Assembly: GCA_964533555.1 (NCBI GenBank)
Contig: CAZHMA010000001.1
Span: 1-36,046 of the forward strand
Length of the DNA: 36,046 nucleotides
Origin: an uncultured Eubacteriales bacterium
GTDB lineage: Bacteria; Actinomycetota; Coriobacteriia; Anaerosomatales; PALSA-660
Reading direction: 5' to 3'
Part shown: positions 31,501 through 36,046 of the stretch, piece by piece
How positions within the stretch are numbered: the stretch's first letter is position 1
How the letters are laid out: the number at the start of each line of letters is the position of its first letter
Made by a program: the position numbers and the translations under genes
Notes under the pieces: generated by a model
The model's input: only the letters and a program-made list of their open reading frames with translations
The model's database searches: none
What the model was told of the DNA's origin: nothing

Positions 31501-34097
31501 CTGGCGGCGACGATGGCGTTGCCGGCCGCGTCGGTGACGTTGTTGACGGTGATGGTGTAGAGGGTGCCCGGGTCCTGAGTCGCGACCGTGAGGCGCACCG
31601 TCTTGTTGTCGGCCTGCAGCGCGGCTGCGCTCACGGCCAGGTTCGGCCCCGTGATCGAGTAGTTCGTCGACGTGTTGGCCGTGGCGGCGGTCAGGTTCTC
31701 GGAGAAGAGCACGTCGACGTGCGTCGAGTCGACCGGCGTGGCCGAGACGATGGTCGGCTTGGTGTTGTCGATCGTGATGCCCAGCCAGCCGGCCGAGTTC
31801 GTGTTGCCCACGACGTCGGTGGCCCGGGCGGTGATCACGTACGCAGGGGACCCGTTCTGGTTGGCCGGGTTGAAGGTCCACGAGGCGGTCCAGTTGGCCC
31901 ACGCGTTCGCGGTGGTCGCCGGGTTCCAGGTCTGCGTCGACGTCCACACGCCTCCGGCCTGGTCCCACCAGAGGTTGTCGCCGGTGCGTTGGATGGTGAC
32001 GGCCACCGCACCCACGCCGGAGCGAGCGTCGCCCGAGGTACCGGTCACGCTGTACGGACCGGCCCCGGTGATCACCGCGTTGTTCGCGGCGGGTGCCGTG
32101 ACAGCCACCGTCGGGTTCACGGCGTCGACGGTGAAGATGTTGCCGGCCGTCGCCGGCACGCCGGCCAGCGTGTCGACGTTGGCGGTGGTCATGGCCTGAA
32201 CGAGAGCGGTGGCTGTGGCGCCATCGGTCGCACCCGCGGCGAACGTGTAGACGACGAAGTACGTGCGGAGCGTGGCGTCCACGGCCTCGGCGGCCGTGAG
32301 CGTGACGGGCGCGTCGGTGCCCGTGAAGGTGCCAGATGTGGTGTTGAGCTTGGTGTCCGTGCCGGCGTCGTAGGTGCCGTTGGCGTTGGCGTCCCGATAG
32401 ATGTCGACCGCCGAGACGTTGGTGGCGGGAGCCGTGCCGCCGTTGCGGATCGTGATGGCGCTGACGGTGGACGCCTTGGACCCGCTGCGCTGCATGGTGA
32501 ACGCGTCGACTGCCACGGACTGCGACCGCGCCACGAAGGCCGCGGCGGGGTTGGTCCCGTTGCCCACGGTCACGACTGTGGACGAGTTGCTGATCGTCAC
32601 GCCGGTGATCGAGGCCGAGTTGCCTGTGTGCGCGACCCCGTCAGTGGCGCGGGCGATGATCGTGTAGCTGGGCGTGCCCGTCTGGTTCGCGGGGTTGAAG
32701 TTCCAGGTGTACGACCAGCTGGTGGTTCCCGATGTCACCGGGTTCCATGTCTGGGCGGCCGCCCACGTGCTCGTCCCGCCGTTCCAGTACCAGTTGTCGC
32801 CCGTGCGCTGGATGGAGACGGCCACGGAGGCCACACCCACAGAGTCAGCCGCTGTGCCGGTGATGGTCCCGGGGCTGGCCGTCGTGTACTGGAAGTTAGT
32901 GGTCGGCGCGGTCACGACTGCGGTCGGGTTGTTGACGTCCACGGTGAACGTGTTGCCGGCGGTAGGCGGGACACCAGTCACGTTCGACGTGTTCGTGGTC
33001 ATCGCCACCAACTGAGCCGAAGCCGTGGCGGCATCAGCCGCAGTCGCCGAGAACGTGTAGACGACGAAGTACGTCCGTAGCGTCCCGTCCACTGCCTCGG
33101 CTGCGGTCAGTAGAACGTCCGCGTCTGTACCAGTGAACACACCCGATGTCGTATTGAGCTTGGTGTCAGTGCCGGCGTCGTAGACGCCGTTGGCGTTCGC
33201 GTCCCGGTAGATGTCAACTGCAGCCACCGTGGACGCCGGTGTCGTTCCCGGGTTCCGAACCGTCATAGTCCAAACCTGCGTCGCCTGCGTTCCGACCGTA
33301 CGCTGCAGACGGAAGGAGTCGACGGCGACCGCCTGTGATCGAGCTACGGCGGCACTGGCAATCGCGACCGCGCCGTCCGTCACCGCGACGGTCGAGGTGA
33401 AGGCGGGAGTGTAGTCGACCACGACGTACATCTCGGTGATCGACAGGGTGCCGGTCGTGCCGGTGTCGATTTGGATCCCCGCATTGAGCGTGTTGATGTC
33501 CGCCCACGTCCACGCACCACCGGCCGGACGTGCCGTGCTCGTGATGGAATAGAGGGCGTACGTGTCGGTCAGCGCCTGACCGGTGACCGTAGTTCCATTG
33601 GTCGTGCCAGTCCTCACACGCATACGGGCAGTCGCAGTGTTCCCGGTATCCTTCCGCATGCGGTAGTAGACAGTCACCGAATTGATCGTGCCAGCAATAT
33701 TCGTGTCCACCTGGTCGAGATTCATGTATAGCCAGCTGGCAGCGGTCGTGGTCTGGCCCCTGGTCGCGTCCCCGTCATTGGACCGCAGATCGGTCGTTGC
33801 ACTGCTCGACCATGTCCATGCCGCGTTCGCCGTGTACATGCCCGTGGGATGCAGCGACCACGTCGTAGCGGCGAAGGCCGAGAAGATGTTCGCGCAGGTC
33901 ACGGCCACGAGCACGGCCACCATGACCAGGGCGGTGATCGCCTTGCCGCGCCGGCTCCCCCAGACAGCCCGAAACAGGCTTGCGGGAACCCCGCTCACCG
34001 TATCGGAACGTGCACTACTAGAGGCCTGTGGTGCCGCTCGGTTCAAACGCGTCCTCCCGGCTGCTGCCGTTGGGGCACGGATGCGTCTATCACGCAT
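22563..34097 (-). CDS. giant secreted multihaem c-type cytochrome (3,844 aa, 45 CxxCH motifs) with N-terminal Ig-like/Big_5/FN3 surface modules
   Basis: One uninterrupted ORF. The N-terminus is Sec-type: RRGK, then AITALVMVAVLVAVTCANIFSAFA|ATTW. I hand-counted 45 canonical CxxCH motifs, many of them as CxxCHxxH (the doubled-CXXCH style). Two starts are possible. The ATG at 34097 lies 6 nt after a TAGAAT box, which suggests a leaderless transcript. The TTG at 34046 has GGGAGG 6 nt upstream. Confidence 0.9.
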   Translation of the reverse strand: MRDRRIRAPTAAAGRTRLNRAAPQASSSARSDTVSGVPASLFRAVWGSRRGKAITALVMVAVLVAVTCANIFSAFAATTWSLHPTGMYTANAAWTWSSSATTDLRSNDGDATRGQTTTAASWLYMNLDQVDTNIAGTINSVTVYYRMRKDTGNTATARMRVRTGTTNGTTVTGQALTDTYALYSITSTARPAGGAWTWADINTLNAGIQIDTGTTGTLSITEMYVVVDYTPAFTSTVAVTDGAVAIASAAVARSQAVAVDSFRLQRTVGTQATQVWTMTVRNPGTTPASTVAAVDIYRDANANGVYDAGTDTKLNTTSGVFTGTDADVLLTAAEAVDGTLRTYFVVYTFSATAADAATASAQLVAMTTNTSNVTGVPPTAGNTFTVDVNNPTAVVTAPTTNFQYTTASPGTITGTAADSVGVASVAVSIQRTGDNWYWNGGTSTWAAAQTWNPVTSGTTSWSYTWNFNPANQTGTPSYTIIARATDGVAHTGNSASITGVTISNSSTVVTVGNGTNPAAAFVARSQSVAVDAFTMQRSGSKASTVSAITIRNGGTAPATNVSAVDIYRDANANGTYDAGTDTKLNTTSGTFTGTDAPVTLTAAEAVDATLRTYFVVYTFAAGATDGATATALVQAMTTANVDTLAGVPATAGNIFTVDAVNPTVAVTAPAANNAVITGAGPYSVTGTSGDARSGVGAVAVTIQRTGDNLWWDQAGGVWTSTQTWNPATTANAWANWTASWTFNPANQNGSPAYVITARATDVVGNTNSAGWLGITIDNTKPTIVSATPVDSTHVDVLFSENLTAATANTSTNYSITGPNLAVSAAALQADNKTVRLTVATQDPGTLYTITVNNVTDAAGNAIVAASTTTFTGFGTKLRVQSVNQPAAAYVVPGAMVWVDGFTMSRVAGATSFSAPFVTVRDSGAVGVSGVRIYQDNGDNVYTVADTLMGTGTFTGTDSVVSLIPAPIFPASDGTKYWIVYVISGTAANGAVERSAVFSVSSGATALDNQAVAGNTFTVDASGPTVAVTAPAANNAALTAAGPYTVTGTAVDTGGSGVSAVAVSIQRSGDNWYWNAAGSTWAAGQTWNPASTANAWADWTMSWAFSPAGQNGSPTYTLIARAIDNVANTTTATRTGITVDNTPPTIVSATALSATSVDVVFSEALQSGSIAASDFAMNNGLTVSAAVLQADNKTVRLTTSTQGILTAYTLTIDPGVGHSVLDLAGNANVLATKGFTGFGVDATAPTVPGSVAVSVGVTEPTIARVTWTASTDNVAVTGYRVWRSTTLAGTYASIGTTTTTAFADTSGVTGQAYYYKVSAYDAAANESAPSAAVGPVTATWTPSPHTTYTATSMCKTCHKVHVAATYQGLFTALGSGSGEAPLCYACHDGSGSTTNIKTGATNSFALRSGHTLESLVDTTTPSDLTNACSACHSPHMDFKTRPVLWRSTINSVTRNNVTGQNNTWCLACHNDAQDWYVQKYGTAYPALAAPTRDASGYPVFGTFPGASVYNDSAKNAHVLMPASTSPDVRVDGDCLYCHAAHRGPSKYDSLLTTYGPSTTATVADDRANGTYAASCFACHDTGQRMGAPDIKSFATYLGAQNGENSGHRIKSIDASLPVNAPLPCYECHNPHGSSRGNASMISDTLGANLSTAAGPAGVRRFCLTCHSTSDATPYGWDSVGGAYAVVNNTMKVAGLGRAGGGATSGPDGGYNWLRLKVVNGHAMGDAQSCYQCHMNDYGVEGYNVHRPGPGVSPGAIGCYACHAQYQTMDAASPAKTSMYHHVVGTDTVSYTGDLAPGTDPYPTSKTDVFCVSCHTDHNYFNLAKGANLRTGIAAAGSTTTNTDFMSGGTYGVCVSCHSTAITKDTANQASSANSATADPSTITPVIGGAAFDVSAHDYSVVSSFSVSATFNANCSKCHNDAKAKDYQTSTYRFGTHESSSRRIVAALGATVADPMEEKFCYRCHSRAGELAGGKAGNGFDVYGSAGHAMGAPSEYIYANFEGSMVSTHPLSTGRVECSSCHNPHVTKANNAPTDPDNTLKLAAWTSSDEAALCLKCHDGTTPVAGSTDTTFVPVSVTMVKPDMNKSTNAARGHWSLTGYASLYSATTCLICHDAHGSKAPKLLGDYDGVAKNSQIDGVVVTANDNTVCYACHATSLAPFPVPSLTTSGYPTAGTWPGQGVYTTTYDANGAHTGSFHTTATATWPGKLYPGGDCKNCHDVHGTANTYDELRTENAAGVADQYHYNQADSGFCFNCHDGTPGRDMSAYFPTTVGGTGVQTASTRYGHKTRSAGNLPAGSALPCYDCHNPHGSGSAYGLQVRTMINGNTVAVGATANQIRMSPTDQATAVNVRNYCFVCHTTSDATAQGYNGSAMVANVLATDKVEGISRVTTTTGQVLRLPDVNGHHAADSQSCYVCHGNDYSPTGNNVHNPSGGVSTGGGPCYACHIAYQTNLEDGVAPKIGPGRAASVHHVMGGALGDGDIAPNATLGSYPTSQTDVYCVSCHTDHNYFNATKGANLRTGIAAAGNSTANTDFIAGGTGICVSCHATSLAKQNPGTDQASLGAANTPVIGGAVFDASAHDYTVASSFGTSTFNANCSKCHSDEQTKGFQTSTYRFGTHWSASAGILSALGVFTSNLPHEEACLKCHNATSQPYGAVLPAPANATQAEFAMTSKHDLTKVTCENCHNVHAATAAVPAADPDNIYNTASLTTTATANVYCLKCHDGGLPTQTVNGTTLIPWTVTAGASADVDANYAVDGHGSAAASVSCRTCHEQHGSSLVHLLKTSVNGQSVATYSDTVDEAQCLACHRTGGAAASANIARYYPTGVTGEAVQSVALPGAAGGGGSRYGHRTKTAGTMAAGSAVPCRACHNPHGAGNGYGLLVPTQLNGASLTVGATAGQLNMTALGQVTASNVRNFCFSCHTTSDTGAGYNGAGGFTVALPADQVLGISRTGGVLKLPAYVGHRVGDTTYSCYLCHGDDFALSTSANVHNPTGGESKGKIPCYTCHTVYQNYMEDSVLATVGPSRASSYHHVMGNATRSGDTLTYPLSGDANFRQEVFCLSCHVDHDLFDPNVVGTYTRASNLRSTIGAATPTAADDTNTDYNNVNGGVCLSCHSTALTRDNADQKAETNSTTLPIITSAGYNVSAHDYTAPSTFGSDASTFNGNCVKCHDDESNNGGMEVGTKTVGFQSSVNKFSTHYSAQRRILAAMGVALTEPPHEEDNCYKCHSQSADGFKATAGRDWYNMIATSVTAENIYDLMQLGTPQATTSNATLYFRPNTDGSVSGNAPTGDQGVTYYNVSGAFTQRLMAPSAASVAVESFDTATYAVPAGTQNWRRLRLVSPPVASTTNVAAGAWNVSVFDRESSANANAYVFYYIYVWRADNATKTDVVTAQRYATTEMGTTAVPGTVQTFATANGVAVTLNPGDKIVVDLGVQTNAVTTAGNYGLTYSWGTTAPGYLRAPTAIPWTWASSGGWAHLVGSYDGIHRPSPTDETRAYLSANRHVECADCHDVHAAQATRHSRGTNAVSGALQGVQGAEPTLATGNWTSPTGYTTVDPATKEYQICFRCHSGFNQNTSAQGQTTLITWGGTGSTAWTDVGLEFSTSNQSYHPVIAALPATDPGANGSSQLSQAAQLRPAFTVGGVSYGGWTRGSTMYCSDCHAESNAGSLGPHGSSVKWMLKGPNQAWPYSTAAANGSSALTGFRQSTAAAGTGYSGWDTSLDTADGLFCRNCHNIDSAASGQDLHARGDHNEPCVACHIRVPHGGKVSRLLSATGKDATVTGYPGNLPLRYTADGQGNRGTQGSRGGWLTWYIKRADINWQAADCGQRSCGQHSASSTNVNAESW
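22827..23585 (-). other. C-terminal 5-haem module (residues 3505-3757)
   Basis: Motifs: CADCH (CHDVHAA, the same module-opening pattern as in modules A-C), CFRCH, CSDCH, CRNCH, CVACH. Confidence 0.75.
23586..24419 (-). other. haem-free, beta-rich insertion of about 278 aa (residues 3227-3504)
   Basis: It contains no Cys-x-x-Cys-His. It is rich in T/A/V/G/N with alternating hydrophobic patterns (VFYYIYVWRADN, IVVDLGVQTN), which is consistent with a beta-sandwich. Confidence 0.6.
24420..26060 (-). repeat. haem module C (residues 2680-3226, 12 CxxCH)
   Basis: Motif order: CENCH, CLKCH, CRTCH, CLACH, CRACH, CFSCH, CYLCH, CYTCH, CLSCH, CLSCH, CVKCH, CYKCH. This is a shortened copy of A and B. 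Confidence 0.8.
26061..28052 (-). repeat. haem module B (residues 2016-2679, 14 CxxCH)
   Basis: Motif order: CSSCH, CLKCH, CLICH, CYACH, CKNCH, CFNCH, CYDCH, CFVCH, CYVCH, CYACH, CVSCH, CVSCH, CSKCH, CLKCH. The order and flanking residues match module A. Confidence 0.8.
28053..30041 (-). repeat. haem module A (residues 1353-2015, 14 CxxCH)
   Basis: Motif order: CKTCH, CYACH, CSACH, CLACH, CLYCH, CFACH, CYECH, CLTCH, CYQCH, CYACH, CVSCH, CVSCH, CSKCH, CYRCH. Confidence 0.8.
30093..30374 (-). other. fibronectin type III domain (about residues 1242-1335)
   Basis: APTVPGSVAVS...ARVTWTASTDNVAVTGYRVWRS...YYYKVSAYDAAANES is the canonical bacterial FN3 pattern. Confidence 0.75.
30384..33395 (-). 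repeat. three tandem beta-sandwich/Ig-like modules (about residues 235-1238); modules 2 and 3 end in Big_5/SbsA-type Ig domains
   Basis: The anchor motif (V)DIYRDANANG[VT]YDAGTDTKLNTTSG[VT]FTGTDA occurs at residues 295 and 565. A diverged copy, RIYQDNGDNVYT, is at residue 932. Each module then has FTVD..PTVAVTAPAANN...SIQR[ST]GDNWYWN...TWNP. Modules 2 and 3 add DNT[KP]PTIVSAT...VD[VL][VL]FSE.L...LQADNKTVRLT. Confidence 0.8.
33870..33959 (-). other. signal peptide / N-terminal anchor of the giant cytochrome (about residues 47-76)
   Basis: Positively charged WGSRRGK, a 23-residue hydrophobic core, and an AFA|A cleavage-like site. Confidence 0.6.
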
Positions 34098-34103
34098 GCC
34101 ATT

Positions 34104-34109
34104 ATTCTA
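34104..34109 (-). promoter_or_regulatory. -10-like hexamer TAGAAT immediately upstream of the giant cytochrome ORF
   Basis: The minus strand reads TAGAAT-AATGGC-ATG, within the only clearly AT-richer stretch of the window (34098-34184). The -35 is weak (CTCCCT at 17-nt spacing). Confidence 0.35.
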
Positions 34110-34184
34110 CAGGCTTTGAGCATGAAAGGGAGTGACTTGACGCACTTCACGACATCAATTTCCGCGTTCAGAATGGTTCATCCA

Positions 34185-34793
34185 TTACCGAGCTTCTTCC
34201 AGTAGTCTCTGGGCACGCGGGTACGCGGGAATCAGCTCCAATGCCGCCTTCAGATCCGTGCGTGCTGTCGGGCGGTCGCCGGCCTCCAGACGAGCCTGCG
34301 CAGCGTCGGTCAGCCACCCCGCGCGAAGGTCCCTGCTCGCGTCCGAGCTCCCCAGACGTTCCCATTCGGCGGCGGCGTCCGCCGCGCGCCCCAGGCTCAC
34401 GTACTGCCGCGCGAGCGCGTCGCTATAGGCGGCCGTTGACGGTTCCAGCCTCACAGCTCGGGCCAGGTGGTCGGCCGCCTGCGAGGCCTTCCCCGCCTCG
34501 GCCTCCTTGAGACCCAGCTGGTACCAGCCCTCAGCGTAGCCGGGGCGGTCCCGGGTCACTTGCGTCCAGTACGCCACCGCGCCCGCGAGGTCCGAAGGCA
34601 CCTTGCCCACCGGCGCCGATCCCCACGGGCGCCAACCAGCGGCGACGGCGAAGGCCCCGGCCGCCACGGCCAGCAGGACAAGCGCGATCGCGGCGACCTG
34701 CCACGCACGGATGCCGGCTACGCGACGTCCGACCGGGCGGCGCCCGGCTCGCTTGGCAGGACGGCGGGCAGGCTTCGGCGCGTGGTCGCCCAT
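34185..34793 (-). CDS. membrane-anchored TPR-like protein
   Basis: Arg-rich N-terminus and one TM segment (AWQVAAIALVLLAVAAGAFAVAAG). TPR-like helices follow (GYAEGWYQLGLKEAEAGKASQAADHLARAVRLEP...). The ATG at 34793 lies 2 nt after the NHL gene stop. Confidence 0.7.
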   Translation of the reverse strand: MGDHAPKPARRPAKRAGRRPVGRRVAGIRAWQVAAIALVLLAVAAGAFAVAAGWRPWGSAPVGKVPSDLAGAVAYWTQVTRDRPGYAEGWYQLGLKEAEAGKASQAADHLARAVRLEPSTAAYSDALARQYVSLGRAADAAAEWERLGSSDASRDLRAGWLTDAAQARLEAGDRPTARTDLKAALELIPAYPRAQRLLEEAR

Positions 34794-34795
34794 GG

Positions 34796-35788
34796 CTACT
34801 TCGCGCCAGTCAGGGTGAGCCCCTTGATGGTGCCCGATCCCACGTCGCTGACGAAGAGCTCGCCCGACGCGGCGTCCACGGTGATGCCCTGCGGGGACTC
34901 GATGGTCCCGCCACGGATGGTGGTGGCGCCGATCGTGAGGACGAGCCGGCCGTTCGCGTCGAACTGCAGGATCGCGCGACCGAAGCGATCGCACACGAAC
35001 ACGGTGCCGTCGGGGCCGGCGGCAACGGCGCGCGGCAGCTGCATGCGTGCCTGCAGGGATCCCGCGAGCCCTCCTGACCTGGCATCCAGGATGAGCCCCC
35101 GGCCCGCGTTGGAGTCGGTCACGTACAGCCGGCCACCGGACACGGCCATGCCGCCCACGAAGGTCAGCGGCGGCTCCAGGTCGCTGCCGATGGCTCGCTT
35201 GAACCGCCCGTCGGCGGCGAAGACCTTGATGTCGTGATCGACGCCATCCGCCACGAAGACCTCGCCTTCGGCGACGGTGACGGCCGTGGGCTGCTTCACG
35301 ATGGCGCCCTTGGCCGAACTGCCGAAGACGAGCGGCTTGGCGGGCGACTTCGGATCGATCGCGACGGTGACCACGCGGTTGCCGGCGGTATCGGCGACCA
35401 CAAGGCGATCCGCGTCGAGCACGGCCAGGGCGACCGGGTAGGCCTTGGAGGCCCCGGCGGCCACGGGAACGGTCAGGCGGCCGGCGGCCTCGCCCTCCGG
35501 GGTGAACAGCGCGATGGCGCCGGCGTCCGCCTCCGCCACCGCCAGGACCTTGCCGGTCCACGCGATGCCGAGAGGGCTCGCCAGCGGGACCGCGGGCGAC
35601 AGCGGGAACTCGTCACGCAGGGATGCTGTGCCGGTGGTCTCGACCGAGGGCTCAGTGGCCGGCTGCCGGGGCGCGGGACGACCGACGAGCAGCCACACCA
35701 CGGTGGCCACCGCGGCCAGCAGGATGACGATCGCCACAGCGGTGAGGGTCTTCGGGGAGACTCCCCGACGCGGTCCACGAGCGGGCAA
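34796..35788 (-). CDS. NHL-repeat six-bladed beta-propeller protein with N-terminal TM anchor
   Basis: The TTG at 35788 has GGAGG 5 nt upstream. The TM segment is LTAVAIVILLAAVATVVWLLV. Six repeats follow of the form P.gia.d..g.l.V.D..n.ri..f, for example RLVVADTAGNRVVTV, EVFVADGVDHDIKVF, RLYVTDSNAGRGLIL, TVFVCDRFGRAILQF and ELFVSDVGSGTIKGL. Confidence 0.8.
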   Translation of the reverse strand: MPARGPRRGVSPKTLTAVAIVILLAAVATVVWLLVGRPAPRQPATEPSVETTGTASLRDEFPLSPAVPLASPLGIAWTGKVLAVAEADAGAIALFTPEGEAAGRLTVPVAAGASKAYPVALAVLDADRLVVADTAGNRVVTVAIDPKSPAKPLVFGSSAKGAIVKQPTAVTVAEGEVFVADGVDHDIKVFAADGRFKRAIGSDLEPPLTFVGGMAVSGGRLYVTDSNAGRGLILDARSGGLAGSLQARMQLPRAVAAGPDGTVFVCDRFGRAILQFDANGRLVLTIGATTIRGGTIESPQGITVDAASGELFVSDVGSGTIKGLTLTGAK

Positions 35789-35900
35789 GTGTGCCTCCAG
35801 GGGCGCGGATGGTGCGGGTGCGGTACGGTGCGGCGGCTCGGCAGTGCCGACGCGCTATGTTCCTAGCACGCGACGCGCCAGTCAACGGCGCTGGTGCGGG

Positions 35901-36046
35901 CTACCGCCCCATCGGCGAGCCGTGGCAGAGGATGCAGAAGTCACGGGCGACCTCGATCCGATGACACCTGCAGTCCGGCGGATACTGCCGGTGAGCCGTC
36001 TGCCAGTCCGGCGCGTGGACGCCGCTCCCGTCCGCCTTGAAGCGAT
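35901..36046 (-). CDS. c-type cytochrome, C-terminal fragment (5' part outside the window)
   Basis: The minus-strand frame reads RFKADGSGVHAPDWQTAHRQYPPDCRCHRIEVARDFCILCHGSPMGR*. It has a canonical CxxCH (CILCH) 7 residues from the stop, plus an odd CRCH. It is not in the ORF track because no start lies in the window. Confidence 0.55.
   Translation of the reverse strand, partial: RFKADGSGVHAPDWQTAHRQYPPDCRCHRIEVARDFCILCHGSPMGR

Noticed and set aside
24420-33395. Repeated DNA segments considered as a CRISPR array or non-coding tandem repeat
   Set aside because: The periods are 0.8-2 kb, copies are diverged, and all lie in one continuous reading frame that encodes repeated protein domains. 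There is no short direct-repeat/spacer structure.
33947-33961. SRRGK in the giant cytochrome N-terminus as a twin-arginine (Tat) signal
   Set aside because: The motif lacks the hydrophobic F-L-K continuation. Also, c-type cytochromes matured by system II (ResB/CcsA, encoded next door) are exported unfolded by Sec. I interpret it as an ordinary positively charged n-region.
22563-36046. Possibility that the cytochrome locus is a mobile or recently transferred island
   Set aside because: I see no integrase, transposase, tRNA target or flanking direct repeats in the window. Base composition and codon style look the same as in the housekeeping part. This cannot be excluded without the full genome.

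Overview
High-GC window, roughly two-thirds G+C by eye. It is probably from an anaerobic Actinomycetota/Coriobacteriia-like monoderm, but that taxonomic call is inference only. I support about 29 protein genes, and all but one are on the minus strand. Most large plus-strand ORFs in the track are GC-driven antisense artefacts. Many minus-strand ORFs carry spurious N-terminal extensions, which I trimmed to internal starts with RBS or stop/start overlaps. The track prints M for GTG/TTG starts.

Left part (1-13.5 kb), housekeeping genes:
- ricT(PSP1)-holB-tmk, coupled without gaps to a two-subunit class I fumarate hydratase interrupted by an MFS transporter, plus mdh.
- A CN-hydrolase-like gene, topA, an HD hydrolase, hypAB and tatAC.
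- A divergent pair of STAS anti-sigma antagonists.

Right part (13.5-36 kb), one co-directional block:
- TPR, membrane and RseC-like proteins.
- An amidohydrolase, MenG/UbiE and a B12-binding radical SAM enzyme (menaquinone-related).
- A system II cytochrome c maturation pair (ResB/CcsB, CcsA) bracketed by two lipoproteins.
- An 11.5-kb gene (22563-34097) for a 3,844-aa secreted protein. I count 45 canonical CxxCH haem-binding motifs in it: three tandem 12-14-haem modules plus a 5-haem terminal module. These are fused to an N-terminal array of Ig-like/Big_5(SbsA)-type/FN3 surface modules.
- Upstream of that gene: a membrane-anchored TPR protein, a six-bladed NHL propeller and the 3' end of another c-type cytochrome.

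This giant surface-type multihaem cytochrome locus is the stand-out candidate for an undescribed extracellular electron-transfer system. No rRNA, tRNA, CRISPR or mobile-element genes were recognised.
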